From: Syntrophales bacterium
GTDB lineage: Bacteria > Desulfobacterota > Syntrophia > Syntrophales > PHBD01
Assembly (NCBI GenBank): GCA_963668175.1
Contig: OY764159.1
Span: 2,336,001-2,400,000, forward strand
Direction: 5' to 3'
Length of the DNA: 64,000 nt
Each line of letters starts with the position of its first letter. Position 1 is the stretch's first letter. A model generated the notes under the pieces. That model made no database searches, had not been told where the DNA came from, and saw only the letters and a list, made by a program, of their open reading frames with translations. A program made the position numbers and the translations under genes. This document shows, piece by piece, positions 1-10,173 of the stretch.

Positions 1-122
1 GCCTTGAGTGCCTCCTCCGCCCGGCGGCGTTCGGCGTCCGCCCGTTCCAGTTCCTGGATCTTCTGCTTCAAAACGGCGTTTTCGTCGACCAGTTCCTGAT
101 AGGTCTTGGATCTACTGCTCAC
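1..122 (-). CDS. 5' end of a probable PAS/sensor kinase (runs off the window)
   Basis: GTG start after GGGGAGG. Translates VSSRSKTYQELVDENAVLKQKIQELERADAERRRAEEALK, a coiled-coil leader like that of the kinase at 2754-5186. Not in the ORF track. Confidence 0.7.
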   Translation of the reverse strand, partial: MSSRSKTYQELVDENAVLKQKIQELERADAERRRAEEALK

Positions 123-341
123 CGAAGGCCTCCCCGTAACGGTGCATGGTGTCCGCCCGGGCATGCGAGTCGGGCGGAACGGTATGCGGGCAATTGCACC
201 AGAAAGCTATAGGATAGCCGGCGAGATGTCAAAGGGAAAGTGGGGCCCGGACCCGGGCGCGGCGCGGACGTTTCTTGACACCGGCCGCCGCCTGTATTAG
301 ATATAGGGCATCATTCGCGGGCGACGGAAGGAGAAACGGCT

Positions 342-1883
342 ATGGCCTACACCGACAAGGACGGCATACTCAACCCGGGGCACAACCCCGTCGTCGAGAT
401 TAAGGATGCCAGGATTCCGGCGGGCAAGGGGTCCTGGTCCAAGATCAGCGGCTTCTGGGTCGGCAAGCACGACCTCTTCGAATGCCAGCCTTATCCGGCC
501 CAGATCGGCAGAAACGGCGGCTTTTTTACCGCCCTCTCCGCCGCCGAGACGCTGCTGCCCCTCTTTTCGGTGAGTGCGACGAAGGACCTCCGGGGCGGCT
601 CGGTGATCGTCCGGCTCTTCGTTCCCGGCACGGACCAGGTCGTCTTCTACAAGGTCGAGAAGAACCTCTTCGCGAGCAAGGAAATCCCGGACCACAGGCA
701 TTCGGCCTATTGGGTCTACATGATGGAGAAGGCCTTCGCCTGGCACCGGATGCAGTACAACCTTCCCGCTCCCGACGGCGGCAAGCCCAAGGACTACCTG
801 GCGGCGCTTAAGGGAACGACCTTTGGCAGCGCCTTGCAGATGCTCGTGGGCAAAACCAGGGCGGGCGAACTGACCCGCGACCGCCAGGTGCGCGTCCGGG
901 CGGTGGAGCGCCTCCACGACCTCCACCATTTCGACGACTATGCGGCGCGGGCGGTCCAGCTCATCATGGACCCCAACGCCGTGGACCAGGACTGCTTCGG
1001 CGTCTGCGGCATGGCCTCGACCATCCACGTCGTCCTCAAATTCCGGCCGGGACGCTTCGCCGACATCCTCCATTCGGTCTTCAACGGCGAGGACTTCAAG
1101 GGCGGCGTCGGCAAGCTGAAAATTCCCATCAAGATCAGCGCCCATGCGGCCAACTACCAGGAGGTGATGAAGGATATCCAGACGGGTCCCGTCGCCGCGG
1201 GCGAACCGCCCACCGACGTCAGCGCCCTTTTGACGAAGCGGATCGACCAGTACAAGCACAAGATGGCCGTCAAGCCGTCCCAGAAGCCCTGGGCGAAACT
1301 CGATTTCATCGTGAGCCGGTCCCTCGCCAGGATGCTCAAGATCACCGATTCCGCCCTCTACAACGACCAGAAGGAATTCACCAAAAAGTTCGCCGACCCG
1401 GCCAAGCCGAACGTCGACCTTGTCAAGATGGGGGATATGGCGTTCACCGAGGCGGGCATCGTCTACGTCCTTACGGACATCGTCGGCGTTCCCGAGTTGA
1501 GCTTCGTCGCGAACCCGAGCGGGCCGGAGAACATCGTCAAGGCCGTCAACGCCTGGTTCGACAGGTACGGCGACCATGGGGCCTTCGGCATCGCCGCCAT
1601 CAACCCCTTCTACGAAACGAAGGACGACAAGCGCTGGTGGTTCTTTCCCGACGGCCGGAACGTCTACCCGGGCCTGAAGTCGCCCGTCCGGGACTGGGTC
1701 CAGCCCGCCTGGCAGCCCTACGAGTTCGCCCACTGGATCGTCATAGAAGGCAAGATCGAGGACCGGAACTTCTGGTGGCTCCCGATCTGGACCTGGGCCC
1801 GGCAGTGGGAGGGACGGCTCCACAAGATCCACACGGCGGGCTACCTCCATTCGGTGATCCTCGCGCGGCTGGAGCCGGAATAA
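342..1883 (+). CDS. Hypothetical protein: calpain (C2)-like N-terminal subdomain plus a second papain-like Cys/His domain
   Basis: 513 aa with SD AAGGAG. Motifs WVYMMEKAFA and ALQMLVG are calpain-like. DQDCFGVCGMAS, HWIVI and IWTW fit a papain-like fold. Confidence 0.6.
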   Translation: MAYTDKDGILNPGHNPVVEIKDARIPAGKGSWSKISGFWVGKHDLFECQPYPAQIGRNGGFFTALSAAETLLPLFSVSATKDLRGGSVIVRLFVPGTDQVVFYKVEKNLFASKEIPDHRHSAYWVYMMEKAFAWHRMQYNLPAPDGGKPKDYLAALKGTTFGSALQMLVGKTRAGELTRDRQVRVRAVERLHDLHHFDDYAARAVQLIMDPNAVDQDCFGVCGMASTIHVVLKFRPGRFADILHSVFNGEDFKGGVGKLKIPIKISAHAANYQEVMKDIQTGPVAAGEPPTDVSALLTKRIDQYKHKMAVKPSQKPWAKLDFIVSRSLARMLKITDSALYNDQKEFTKKFADPAKPNVDLVKMGDMAFTEAGIVYVLTDIVGVPELSFVANPSGPENIVKAVNAWFDRYGDHGAFGIAAINPFYETKDDKRWWFFPDGRNVYPGLKSPVRDWVQPAWQPYEFAHWIVIEGKIEDRNFWWLPIWTWARQWEGRLHKIHTAGYLHSVILARLEPE

Positions 1884-1908
1884 GCCGCCCCGGAATCACG
1901 CAGGCCTT

Positions 1909-2559
1909 TCACTTCCTCAAGATCGCGGCGATGGGGCCGTAGCCTATGACCTCGAGCCCCAGGCGTTCGGCGATCCATTTCAGCGTCCAGTAGCAGAAGA
2001 ACGAGATGTGGGTCGCGTCGTCCTTGAACCACCAGGACCGGAACTGTTCCACGGCGTCCCGGGAGTGGATGAAGGCGTCCGTGAAGGAACTGGTCAGGAA
2101 GATCATGCCCCCCTCTTCGAGGACGCCGCAGAGCATCGCGATGTCGGCGCACGGTTCGGACAGGTGCTCCAGGACCTGGTTGGCGACGACCACGCCGAAA
2201 CGGCCCGTGTCCTCCCTTGCGCCGAACGCCCCGTGAATCCTGGGTTCGAACGACTCGACCTCGTAGCCCATGTCCCTTAATGCTTCCGAAAGCCGTCCTT
2301 CGCCCGAACCGAAATCCAGTATCCTGCCGGGCGCGGCGAACTGCGAGGCAAGCTCGACGTATGTTTCCGCCACGCGCCGCCAGAAGGCCGGGTCGTCCTT
2401 GTCCTGGGCCCGGTAATGGCGGTCCTGTTCTTCCCGGCCTGCCGTTTCTCCCGTGAAGACGAGATAGCACACCGGGCACTTGTAGTAGGCGCGCCAATCC
2501 TCGAAGAATAAATCGGCGGGCGCTGCGCAGACCCTGCAAGGGGGTCGGTCGTTTCGCAT
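1909..2559 (-). CDS. Class I SAM-dependent methyltransferase with N-terminal Zn ribbon
   Basis: CRVC...CPVC, ILDFGSGEG (motif I), QVLEHL, THISFF. Confidence 0.85.
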   Translation of the reverse strand: MRNDRPPCRVCAAPADLFFEDWRAYYKCPVCYLVFTGETAGREEQDRHYRAQDKDDPAFWRRVAETYVELASQFAAPGRILDFGSGEGRLSEALRDMGYEVESFEPRIHGAFGAREDTGRFGVVVANQVLEHLSEPCADIAMLCGVLEEGGMIFLTSSFTDAFIHSRDAVEQFRSWWFKDDATHISFFCYWTLKWIAERLGLEVIGYGPIAAILRK

Positions 2560-2753
2560 CGGGTCACCTCGCCGGTCCTTGTACCACGTCCCGCGTCCGG
2601 ACGCCACCGGCAAAGAAGAGGGGGCCGCCCGGAGGCGGGGCGCGGCAGACCGCGGCGCAAGCAGTCATGCCGGGAAAAAACCGTTGTATGGGACCTATGG
2701 GGTGGAGATGCCGTCAGGCCAAACCTGTGTCCGATGCTTATGCAAGCTATCGC

Positions 2754-5186
2754 CTACTTCTTGTCCAACTCCCGCCGGACGGCCATGCCGATCCTCTCTT
2801 TGATGTAGGGTTTCCGGACGAAGGAGCCTGCGCCCAGGGACTGGGCCGCTTTTACGCGCTCCGTTTCGGCGTAGCCGCTGACGATGACGGCCTTCTGCTT
2901 CGGCCGTATCTCCGAAATCCTGCGGTATGTTTCAAAACCGTCGATGCCCGGCTCCATGATCATATCCAGGATAACGAGATCGACTTCGTTCTCCCTGAGA
3001 TAAGCCGCCGCCTCCTCGCCGCTCGTCACGCCGTGAACGACGTAGTTGAGCTTCTGCATGATGCTGCTCGCCAGGTCGCATTGGGCCCGGATATCGTCGA
3101 CCACGAGAATCCTTTCGCCTTTGCCCATGTACCGGTCCACGGAGATCTCGCCTTCATACTCGACCTCGCTGCGAGTGGCCGGGAAATATAACGTGAATGT
3201 CGTTCCCTTGCCCGGTTCGCTTCGAACGTCGATATATCCGTCGTGATCCTTCATGGTTCCCCAGACGACGGCCAACCCAAGCCCCGTGCCGCTCCTTCCC
3301 ATGACCTTTTTCGTATAGAAAGGCTCGAAGATGCGTTTCCTGTCATTCTCTTCGATGCCTTCGCCTTCGTCGGAAACCGTGAGAACGGCGTAGTCGCCTT
3401 CCTCGACCTCGTCGTAGCCTGCAACCGGCCGGTCCTGGTAGCGGTTCTCCGTCCGGACGACGACTTCTCCGCCCGACGTCATCGCCTCCGCGGCGTTGGA
3501 AACAAGGTTCATGATCGTCTTCGCTACATGAGCCTGGGAGCCGAATATCCTGAGCAGCGCCTCGTCCAATTCCACCCTGACGCGGACATGGGGAAAGAGC
3601 GTTTTCAGTTTCGCGAGCTCCGGAGATTTGAGATACTCGGTGACAATCTTGTTCAGATTGACGACCTTCTTGGTTTGGACGCCCCGGCGGGCGAGGGTCA
3701 GGAGGTCCTGGACGATCGCCGCCGCCTGCTCGCCGCCGGAGATAATATTCCTGGCCTTCAGGCGCGAGGGGCTATTCTCCGCAAGCTCGTCGTGGAGGAT
3801 CTCCGCATATCCGACCAGAATACCCAAGGCGTTGTTGAGATCGTGGGCGACGCCTCCGGCCAGGAGCCCCAGCGCTTCCATTTTCTCGGCCCGCTGCAGT
3901 CTTTCCTCCAATTCCCGGCGATTGTCTTCGATCTTTTTCTGTTCGGTAATGTCGCGGGCGATGCCGACCGTGCCGACGCATTTGCCCGTTTCGTCGAACA
4001 GCGCCGTCTTTCTGGTTTGCATCCAGCGAACGTCGTTTTTTGTCCGCCATGCTTCCTCCGTTTCCAGGGACCGGCCCGTGGCGATGACCGTCCTGTCGTC
4101 CGCCAGGTATCTGGCGGCGAGGTCTGGCGGATAAAAGTCGGCATCGCAATGTCCCGCTATGGCTTCGGGGGCGATACCGATGGCCTCTGCATAGCGTCCG
4201 TTGCAGGACACATAAACGCCGTTCATATCCTTGTGCCATAAAAAATCGGGCATATGTTCGGCGAGGGCGCGGTACTTCCGTTCGCTTGCCCTGAGCGCCT
4301 CCTCCGCCTTCTCCCGGTCGGTGATGTCGATGTGCTGGATGACGGCGTTCGTAATCCTGCCCGCGGCGTCCCTCACGGGAAAAATGGTCACGTCGAGGAA
4401 GAGGGACACATGCTTCGAAAGGTCGAGATCGCTCAGAAGCGATGTGTCGTAGATGAGCTTGAATCTCGCTATTCTGCCCTCCTCGAAGACGCTTTTCACC
4501 AGGGGAAGATGACCCTGGGCTGCGACGATGTTGTCGTTAAAGACGTTATATTTTCCCACGACCTCCTCGTCCGAAATATGAAAGAGGGCCTTGCAGGCGG
4601 GGCTGATCCTGAGCAGGGTTCCCTGGGCATCGGAAATCCACATGGGGTAGGGGCCCTGTTCGATCATGCTGTTCAGGAAGGATTCCGTCGACCGCAGGGA
4701 ATCCTCCGTGCGCTTACGATCGGTGATGTCGCGCACCAGCGCGACAAAACGGGCGTCGTGGGTCTTGTGGTCGCCCTTGGCCGCGATGGACATCTCGTAC
4801 CACCTTGTCTCTTTGCCGCCGGGCAGGCTGTAGACCGTCCCGAAATGCGAACCGTGCCGCGACGCTTCTCCGATGGCGCGGAGAATGTGCTTCGCGGCGG
4901 CGGGCGGCAGCACTTCCTTCACCGTCTTGCCCATAAAGGCTTCGGGTTCCGCATACAAGTTCGCTTGCAGGGATGTGCCGTAATTGAAGATGCGTCCGTG
5001 TCGGTCGACCTCGAAGCGCAGGTCGGGGATGGCCTTGACCGTTGCGTCCAACTCGTCGAACATCTGCCGGAGGTGTTCTGCGGTCCTCCGGTGCTCCGCC
5101 TCCGATCTTTCCAGTTCGCGGATCCGTTCTGTCAGAGCGGAAATCTCCCGGAGCAACTTTTTCTCCGTCGGGGAAGGATCTGCCAT
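2754..5186 (-). CDS. Cytoplasmic multi-PAS hybrid histidine kinase with receiver domain
   Basis: Three PAS/PAC repeats ending DITD/DITE; H-box GGVAHDLNN; G-boxes DEGEGI and GTGLGL; receiver VILDMIM...KP. Confidence 0.95.
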   Translation of the reverse strand: MADPSPTEKKLLREISALTERIRELERSEAEHRRTAEHLRQMFDELDATVKAIPDLRFEVDRHGRIFNYGTSLQANLYAEPEAFMGKTVKEVLPPAAAKHILRAIGEASRHGSHFGTVYSLPGGKETRWYEMSIAAKGDHKTHDARFVALVRDITDRKRTEDSLRSTESFLNSMIEQGPYPMWISDAQGTLLRISPACKALFHISDEEVVGKYNVFNDNIVAAQGHLPLVKSVFEEGRIARFKLIYDTSLLSDLDLSKHVSLFLDVTIFPVRDAAGRITNAVIQHIDITDREKAEEALRASERKYRALAEHMPDFLWHKDMNGVYVSCNGRYAEAIGIAPEAIAGHCDADFYPPDLAARYLADDRTVIATGRSLETEEAWRTKNDVRWMQTRKTALFDETGKCVGTVGIARDITEQKKIEDNRRELEERLQRAEKMEALGLLAGGVAHDLNNALGILVGYAEILHDELAENSPSRLKARNIISGGEQAAAIVQDLLTLARRGVQTKKVVNLNKIVTEYLKSPELAKLKTLFPHVRVRVELDEALLRIFGSQAHVAKTIMNLVSNAAEAMTSGGEVVVRTENRYQDRPVAGYDEVEEGDYAVLTVSDEGEGIEENDRKRIFEPFYTKKVMGRSGTGLGLAVVWGTMKDHDGYIDVRSEPGKGTTFTLYFPATRSEVEYEGEISVDRYMGKGERILVVDDIRAQCDLASSIMQKLNYVVHGVTSGEEAAAYLRENEVDLVILDMIMEPGIDGFETYRRISEIRPKQKAVIVSGYAETERVKAAQSLGAGSFVRKPYIKERIGMAVRRELDKK

Positions 5187-5327
5187 CGTATCTCTCCTGC
5201 CGTGCCGAGTAAGTGGGGAGATTGCAAATGAACCAGCGACAATTGTTTCATCTCAGCGGATTGCCATCTGAAATCTAGCGGATAGACGCCAAGATGTCAA
5301 ATGTGTCTTTCTTCCGGCGAAATCCCT

Positions 5328-5356
5328 TTGACAAGAGCGTGATGTTTTGGTATATG
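5328..5356 (+). promoter_or_regulatory. Sigma70-type promoter of the IclR/uronate operon
   Basis: TTGACA (5328-5333), 17-nt spacer, TATATG (5351-5356) preceded by TGG. Confidence 0.65.
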
Positions 5357-5362
5357 AAACAA

Positions 5363-5381
5363 CGTTCCGCAATACGGAACG
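5363..5381. promoter_or_regulatory. Palindromic operator, probable IclR site
   Basis: Perfect 7-5-7 inverted repeat CGTTCCG-caata-CGGAACG at the predicted transcription start. Confidence 0.65.
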
Positions 5382-5512
5382 GAGGGCGTCATCGCCCGTC
5401 GACCCGATTCAAGACAGTTAAGCATCGCTGAAATGCATATCCAATGCGGACCGGCAGCGCTTCAAGCCGCCGCTTGAGTCCTCTGCGCGGAAAGGATTGC
5501 CGGAAAGGATCT

Positions 5513-6307
5513 ATGGACCAGAACCGCCTCCAGGCCAAACCCGCCAACCTCATCCAGACGATCGAAAGGATGGACGCCATTCTCGAAGCCGTCGGGCGGG
5601 ATCCCCACGGGGCGAGCATCAAGGACCTTTCCGCCGCCCTCGCCCTTCCCAAGGGCACCGTCCACCGCATCCTCTCTTCCCTTTCCTATTTCGGCTACGT
5701 CCGCCAGCATCCGGAGACGAAGAACTACGGATTGGGCCTCAAAGTGATGGAACTGGGGTCCCGCCTCGGCAGCCAGCTCGATCTCCGGCGGATCGCGGCG
5801 CCCTTCATCCGGACGCTCGTCGACAAGACCGGCGAGGCGGCACACCTTGTCGTCCTGGACGGCGGCGACGTGGTCTATATCGATAAAATCGAAGCACGGG
5901 AAAACTCGGTCGGCCTCGTCATGGCCTCCCGCGTGGGCTCCCGGAACCCGGCGCACTGCTGCGCCGTCGGCAAGGTGCTGCTCGCGGGCCTGCCGGAGGG
6001 GGATCTGGACGCCATTCTCGGAGCGATGGAGCTGGCCCGGCGGACGGCGAACACGATCACGGACCCCGTGCGTCTGAAGGAGCACCTGCGGACCGTCCGG
6101 GAGCAGGGGTACGCCGTCGACGACGAGGAGAACGAACGGGGCATCCGCTGCCTTGCGGCCCCCATCTTCGACGGGAAGGGCAGGGCCGTGGCGGCGGTCA
6201 GCATTTCGGGGCCGTCGTTTCGCGTGACGAAAAAGGTCGTTCTGGAGTCCGTCAGGAAGGAAGTCACCAAGGCCGCCGCGGAGATATCGCGGCAGCTAGG
6301 GTTTTAG
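5513..6307 (+). CDS. IclR family transcriptional regulator (KdgR-like)
   Basis: HTH LPKGTVHRIL; effector domain HCCAVGKVLLA and GYAVDDEENERGIRCLAAPIF. Start set at the ATG after AAGGA. Confidence 0.93.
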   Translation: MDQNRLQAKPANLIQTIERMDAILEAVGRDPHGASIKDLSAALALPKGTVHRILSSLSYFGYVRQHPETKNYGLGLKVMELGSRLGSQLDLRRIAAPFIRTLVDKTGEAAHLVVLDGGDVVYIDKIEARENSVGLVMASRVGSRNPAHCCAVGKVLLAGLPEGDLDAILGAMELARRTANTITDPVRLKEHLRTVREQGYAVDDEENERGIRCLAAPIFDGKGRAVAAVSISGPSFRVTKKVVLESVRKEVTKAAAEISRQLGF

Positions 6308-6396
6308 AGAATTTCCGGCGGCTATGTTTCGGGGGAAAGCTGCCGGGCCGGGAAAACAACGATCGTCAAAATTCATGGACAAGGAGGAGGAGAAAG

Positions 6397-7383
6397 ATGA
6401 AGAAACTGCTGATCCTGTTTTTGGTCTTGTTTATTTCCGTGCCGCTTGCGTACGGGCAGGCCGCGAAGCCCATCGAGATGAAGATCGGCCATTTCGCCGC
6501 CGATTCGCATCCGGGCAATCTTGCCGCCAAGATGTTCGCCGATGCGGTGGAAAAGCGGACGAACGGGCAGATCAAGATTAAGATCTACCCGAACAACGCC
6601 CTCGGTTCGCCGCCGGAAGTCCTGGAGCAGAACATCCTGGGCGCCGTGGACATGAGCCTTCCCACCCAGGGGCAGCTCGGCAAGTATTCCAAGAAATTCA
6701 ACTGCGTCATGCTTCCCTTCGTCTTCAAGAATTACGCCCAGGCCGACAAGGTCCTGGACGGTCCCTTCATCAAGTGGGCCGTTGCTGACCTGGACAAGGC
6801 GGGCCTCGTCTTCCTCTCCAACTGGGAATGGGGTTTCCGCAACCTGACGAACAGCAAGCATCCCGTGAACGTCCCCGCCGACGTGAAGGGCCTGAAGATC
6901 CGCACCCCGCCTGAACTGCCGACGCAGGCGGCCATGGAGGCCCTCGGGGGCGTCGTGGCGACGATCAACTTCAACGAGCTCCAGATGGCCCTGAAGCAGG
7001 GCGTCGTCGACGGCCAGGAGAACCCCATTGCGGTGATCTACTCGAACAAGATTTACGAAACCCAGAAATATCTCGCCATGACGGGGCATAATTACAACAC
7101 GATGGTCCACGTCATAAGCAAGAAGACGTGGGACAAGCTGACGCCCGCGCAGCAGAAGATCGTCCGCGAGGAAAGCCACAAGGCCGGCGTGTGGATGAAG
7201 AAGTCCATCCGCGATGCCGAGGCGAACCAGATCAAGGAGCTGCAGAAGCTCGGCATGCAGGTCACGTATCCCGACAAGGCCAAGTTCAAGGCCCTGATGA
7301 AGCCCGCCTACGACAGGATGAACGCCATCGCCGGCGAGGACAACATCAAGGCGTTTGTGAAGATGGTCGATCAGGTGAAATAA
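6397..7383 (+). CDS. dctP: TRAP transporter substrate-binding protein
   Basis: Signal peptide; GFRNLTN, GLKIRT, ALKQGVVDGQENP. Confidence 0.95.
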   Translation: MKKLLILFLVLFISVPLAYGQAAKPIEMKIGHFAADSHPGNLAAKMFADAVEKRTNGQIKIKIYPNNALGSPPEVLEQNILGAVDMSLPTQGQLGKYSKKFNCVMLPFVFKNYAQADKVLDGPFIKWAVADLDKAGLVFLSNWEWGFRNLTNSKHPVNVPADVKGLKIRTPPELPTQAAMEALGGVVATINFNELQMALKQGVVDGQENPIAVIYSNKIYETQKYLAMTGHNYNTMVHVISKKTWDKLTPAQQKIVREESHKAGVWMKKSIRDAEANQIKELQKLGMQVTYPDKAKFKALMKPAYDRMNAIAGEDNIKAFVKMVDQVK

Positions 7384-7501
7384 CGAGTATGTGTTGGAGG
7401 GGAGACCGGGAACGGCTCATGCTTTGCCGGACCCGGTATCCCGCCCGACTCCGTGTGAAGGGCTCCGGACGCCGCCGGGGTCCGTGAAGGAATCTTGCAG
7501 A

Positions 7502-8785
7502 ATGCTTACGCTGTCGATCTTCGCCGTTCTTCTGATCCTCATCATGATGAACCTCCCCATCGCCGTGGCCATGGGACTCACCGCGGTCGGGTTTTTCGTC
7601 TACCTGGGCGACGCCGACCTGCTCACAATGCTGCCGCAGCGGATGTACGCCTCGACGACGGGATTCACGCTCCTTGCCATCCCGTTCTTCATCCTGGCGG
7701 GGAACCTCATGAACACCGGAGGCGTCACGACGCGGATCTTCCGCTTCGCCAAGGCCGTCGTCGGCCACATTCCGGGCGGGATGGGGCAGGTCTGCGTGAT
7801 CGCGAACGTCATCTTCTCCGGCATGTCCGGCTCGGCCATCGCCGACGCGGCGGGCCTGGGACAGGTCCTCCACAAGGCGATGGTGGACAACGGCTTCAAG
7901 CCGAAGTTTTCGGCGGCCATCGTGGCCTCGGCTGCGACGATCGGCCCGGTCATCCCGCCCAGCATCCCGTTCGTCCTCTACGGGGCCTTGACGGGCGTAT
8001 CCGTCGGCAAGCTTTTCCTCGCCGGCTTCGTCCCGGGAGTGCTCATGGCAGCCGCCATGATGATCGCCATCGCCTTCCTGGCGAAACGCTACAACCTGCC
8101 GAAGGAAAAACGTGCCGATCTCCGGGAAATCGTCGCCAGCGTCAGGGGAGCGTTCCTTGCCCTCATGACGCCGGTCATCATCATCGGCGGCATCCTCACG
8201 GGCGTCTTCACCCCGACGGAGGCCTCGGTTGTTGCGTCGCTGTATGCGCTCTTTCTGGGGTTCCTGTATCGGGACCTGAAGCTCAAGGATCTGCCCGGCA
8301 TCTTCTGGGCGTCCATCCGGCAGACGGTGAGCCTCATGTTCATCATTGCCGCCGCGGGCTTCTTCGGCTGGCTCACGATCCACCAGCAGATCCCCGACCA
8401 GGTGATCTCGTCGCTCACCGTCATGAGCGCGACGTCCGCGGGCGTCATCGCCATGGTCATTATTATCGTTCTCATTTTAGGCTGCTTCCTGGAAGGCAAC
8501 GCGATCTTCATCATCACCATTCCGATCTTCGTACCGACGGCCGCGCAGTTCGGGATCGACCTCGTCAACTTCGGCGTCGTGATGACGCTTCTCATCATGA
8601 TCGGGAACCTGACGCCCCCCGTCGGCATGTGCCTCTTCGCCGTGTCGGCTTTCAGCAAGGTCAGGATCACGACGCTGGCCGTCGAGGTGTGGCCCTATCT
8701 CTTAGGCATCCTGATCGTGACGATCGTCATCGCCTACGTTCCCGGGATAGCGCTTTTCGTTCCGAATCTCTTCATGTCCGGTTAG
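7502..8785 (+). CDS. dctM: TRAP transporter large permease
   Basis: LLAIPFFILAGNLMNTGG, GMSGSAIADAA, IPPSIP, FTPTEA, LTPPVG. Confidence 0.95.
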   Translation: MLTLSIFAVLLILIMMNLPIAVAMGLTAVGFFVYLGDADLLTMLPQRMYASTTGFTLLAIPFFILAGNLMNTGGVTTRIFRFAKAVVGHIPGGMGQVCVIANVIFSGMSGSAIADAAGLGQVLHKAMVDNGFKPKFSAAIVASAATIGPVIPPSIPFVLYGALTGVSVGKLFLAGFVPGVLMAAAMMIAIAFLAKRYNLPKEKRADLREIVASVRGAFLALMTPVIIIGGILTGVFTPTEASVVASLYALFLGFLYRDLKLKDLPGIFWASIRQTVSLMFIIAAAGFFGWLTIHQQIPDQVISSLTVMSATSAGVIAMVIIIVLILGCFLEGNAIFIITIPIFVPTAAQFGIDLVNFGVVMTLLIMIGNLTPPVGMCLFAVSAFSKVRITTLAVEVWPYLLGILIVTIVIAYVPGIALFVPNLFMSG

Positions 8786-8796
8786 GAGGCGAGACC

Positions 8797-9309
8797 ATGC
8801 CGACGATCACAGCTATACTGAAACGGCTCGACAAGATGCTGCTTGCCGCCCTCAAGACGGTCTGCATTGCCTGCTTTGTGCTGCTGACGGCCCTCATCAC
8901 GGCCAACGTCTTCGTCCGCTTCTTTCCCGTCGCGTCCCTGCACTGGTTCGACGAGATCATCGAACTGCTCTACGCCTACCTCGTCTTCTACGGGGCGGCG
9001 GCGCTGTGGATCACGCGGGAGCACATCAGCGTGGGCGACTGGATCGGCGGCGCGGTCGTGAAGAATATGAGGCTCCGGCATGCCTTCGGGGCCGTCGTGG
9101 AGATCATGGTCCTGATCTTCGTTCTCGTATTTTTCTATTATTCCCAGCAATTGACCGAGCGGGCCATCGACGTGACCAACGTCTTCGCCATGCCGAAGAA
9201 GATCCTCTATTCGTGCATGCCGGCCGCCGGCGCCGTGATGATCGTCTATACGCTGAGAAACATCGCTGTCGAGGTGGCGAACGCCGTTAAACCCGACACG
9301 AAAGGTTAA
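8797..9309 (+). CDS. dctQ: TRAP transporter small permease
   Basis: Four hydrophobic segments, NVFVRF...WFDEI...HISV; SD AGGAGG. It is the C-terminal part of track ORF 7495-9309. Confidence 0.88.
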   Translation: MPTITAILKRLDKMLLAALKTVCIACFVLLTALITANVFVRFFPVASLHWFDEIIELLYAYLVFYGAAALWITREHISVGDWIGGAVVKNMRLRHAFGAVVEIMVLIFVLVFFYYSQQLTERAIDVTNVFAMPKKILYSCMPAAGAVMIVYTLRNIAVEVANAVKPDTKG

Positions 9310-9321
9310 AAGGAGTCACAC

Positions 9322-10152
9322 ATGGACATACGTTATTCGATCCATCCGGATCATATGAAACAGTTCGATACGGAAACGGTCCGCAAGCATCTTTTGATCG
9401 AGAGGCTGTTCGAAAAGGGCAAGATCGACATGGTCTACAGCCACGTGGACCGGATCATCGCCGGGGGCGCCTGCCCCATCGGCTCGCCGCTGGCGCTCAC
9501 GGTGACGAAGGAGCTGGGCGTGGAACATTTCCTCGAACGGCGGGAGATGGGGATCGTCAACATCGGGGCGGCGGGGACCGTCGCCGTCGACAAGAAGGAG
9601 TACAAGCTCGCGAACAAAGAGGTCCTCTACATCGGTATGGGCGCGAAGACCGTCGCCTTCAAGAGCGCAGACCGGGCGAACCCTGCCAGGTTCTATTTTC
9701 TATCCACACCGGCCCATGCGACGTATCCCACGGTCAGGCTCTCCATGAAGGACGCCCAGCAGGTCGAGATGGGAAGCGCGGACCAGGCCAACGCCCGGAC
9801 GATCTACCAGTTCATCCACCCGGCGGTCATGAAGAGCTGCCAGCTTGTCATGGGCTTCACCGTGCTGAAGACGGGGAGCGTCTGGAACACGATGCCGCCC
9901 CACACCCACGACCGGCGGATGGAGGTCTATCTCTATTTCGACCTGCCCGCCGACGGCCTGGTCTTCCATCTGTGCGGCGAGCCGCAGGAGACGCGCCACA
10001 TCGTCGTCCGGAACGAGGAAGCGGTCATATCCCCCAGCTGGTCCATCCACGCCGGGGTCGGCACGGTCAGCTACACGTTTATCTGGGGCATGGCGGGCGA
10101 GAACCAGACGTTCACCGACATGGACCATTGCGAACCAGCGCAGTTAAAATAA
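9322..10152 (+). CDS. kduI: 5-dehydro-4-deoxy-D-glucuronate (DKI) isomerase
   Basis: YSHVDRII, FLERREMG, SCQLVMG, WNTMPPHTHDRRMEVY, SPSWSIH, FIWGMAGENQ. Confidence 0.96.
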   Translation: MDIRYSIHPDHMKQFDTETVRKHLLIERLFEKGKIDMVYSHVDRIIAGGACPIGSPLALTVTKELGVEHFLERREMGIVNIGAAGTVAVDKKEYKLANKEVLYIGMGAKTVAFKSADRANPARFYFLSTPAHATYPTVRLSMKDAQQVEMGSADQANARTIYQFIHPAVMKSCQLVMGFTVLKTGSVWNTMPPHTHDRRMEVYLYFDLPADGLVFHLCGEPQETRHIVVRNEEAVISPSWSIHAGVGTVSYTFIWGMAGENQTFTDMDHCEPAQLK

Positions 10153-10173
10153 TCATCGGAAGGAGGTTGGACG

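Noticed and set aside
297..1850. Long antisense and alternative-frame ORFs here and elsewhere (e.g. 42714-45344, 45774-47588, 39060-40505, 40497-42206, 5' part of 7495-9309)
   Set aside because: They are shadows of well-supported genes in GC-rich DNA, with no recognisable motifs and Arg/Gly/Pro-biased composition.
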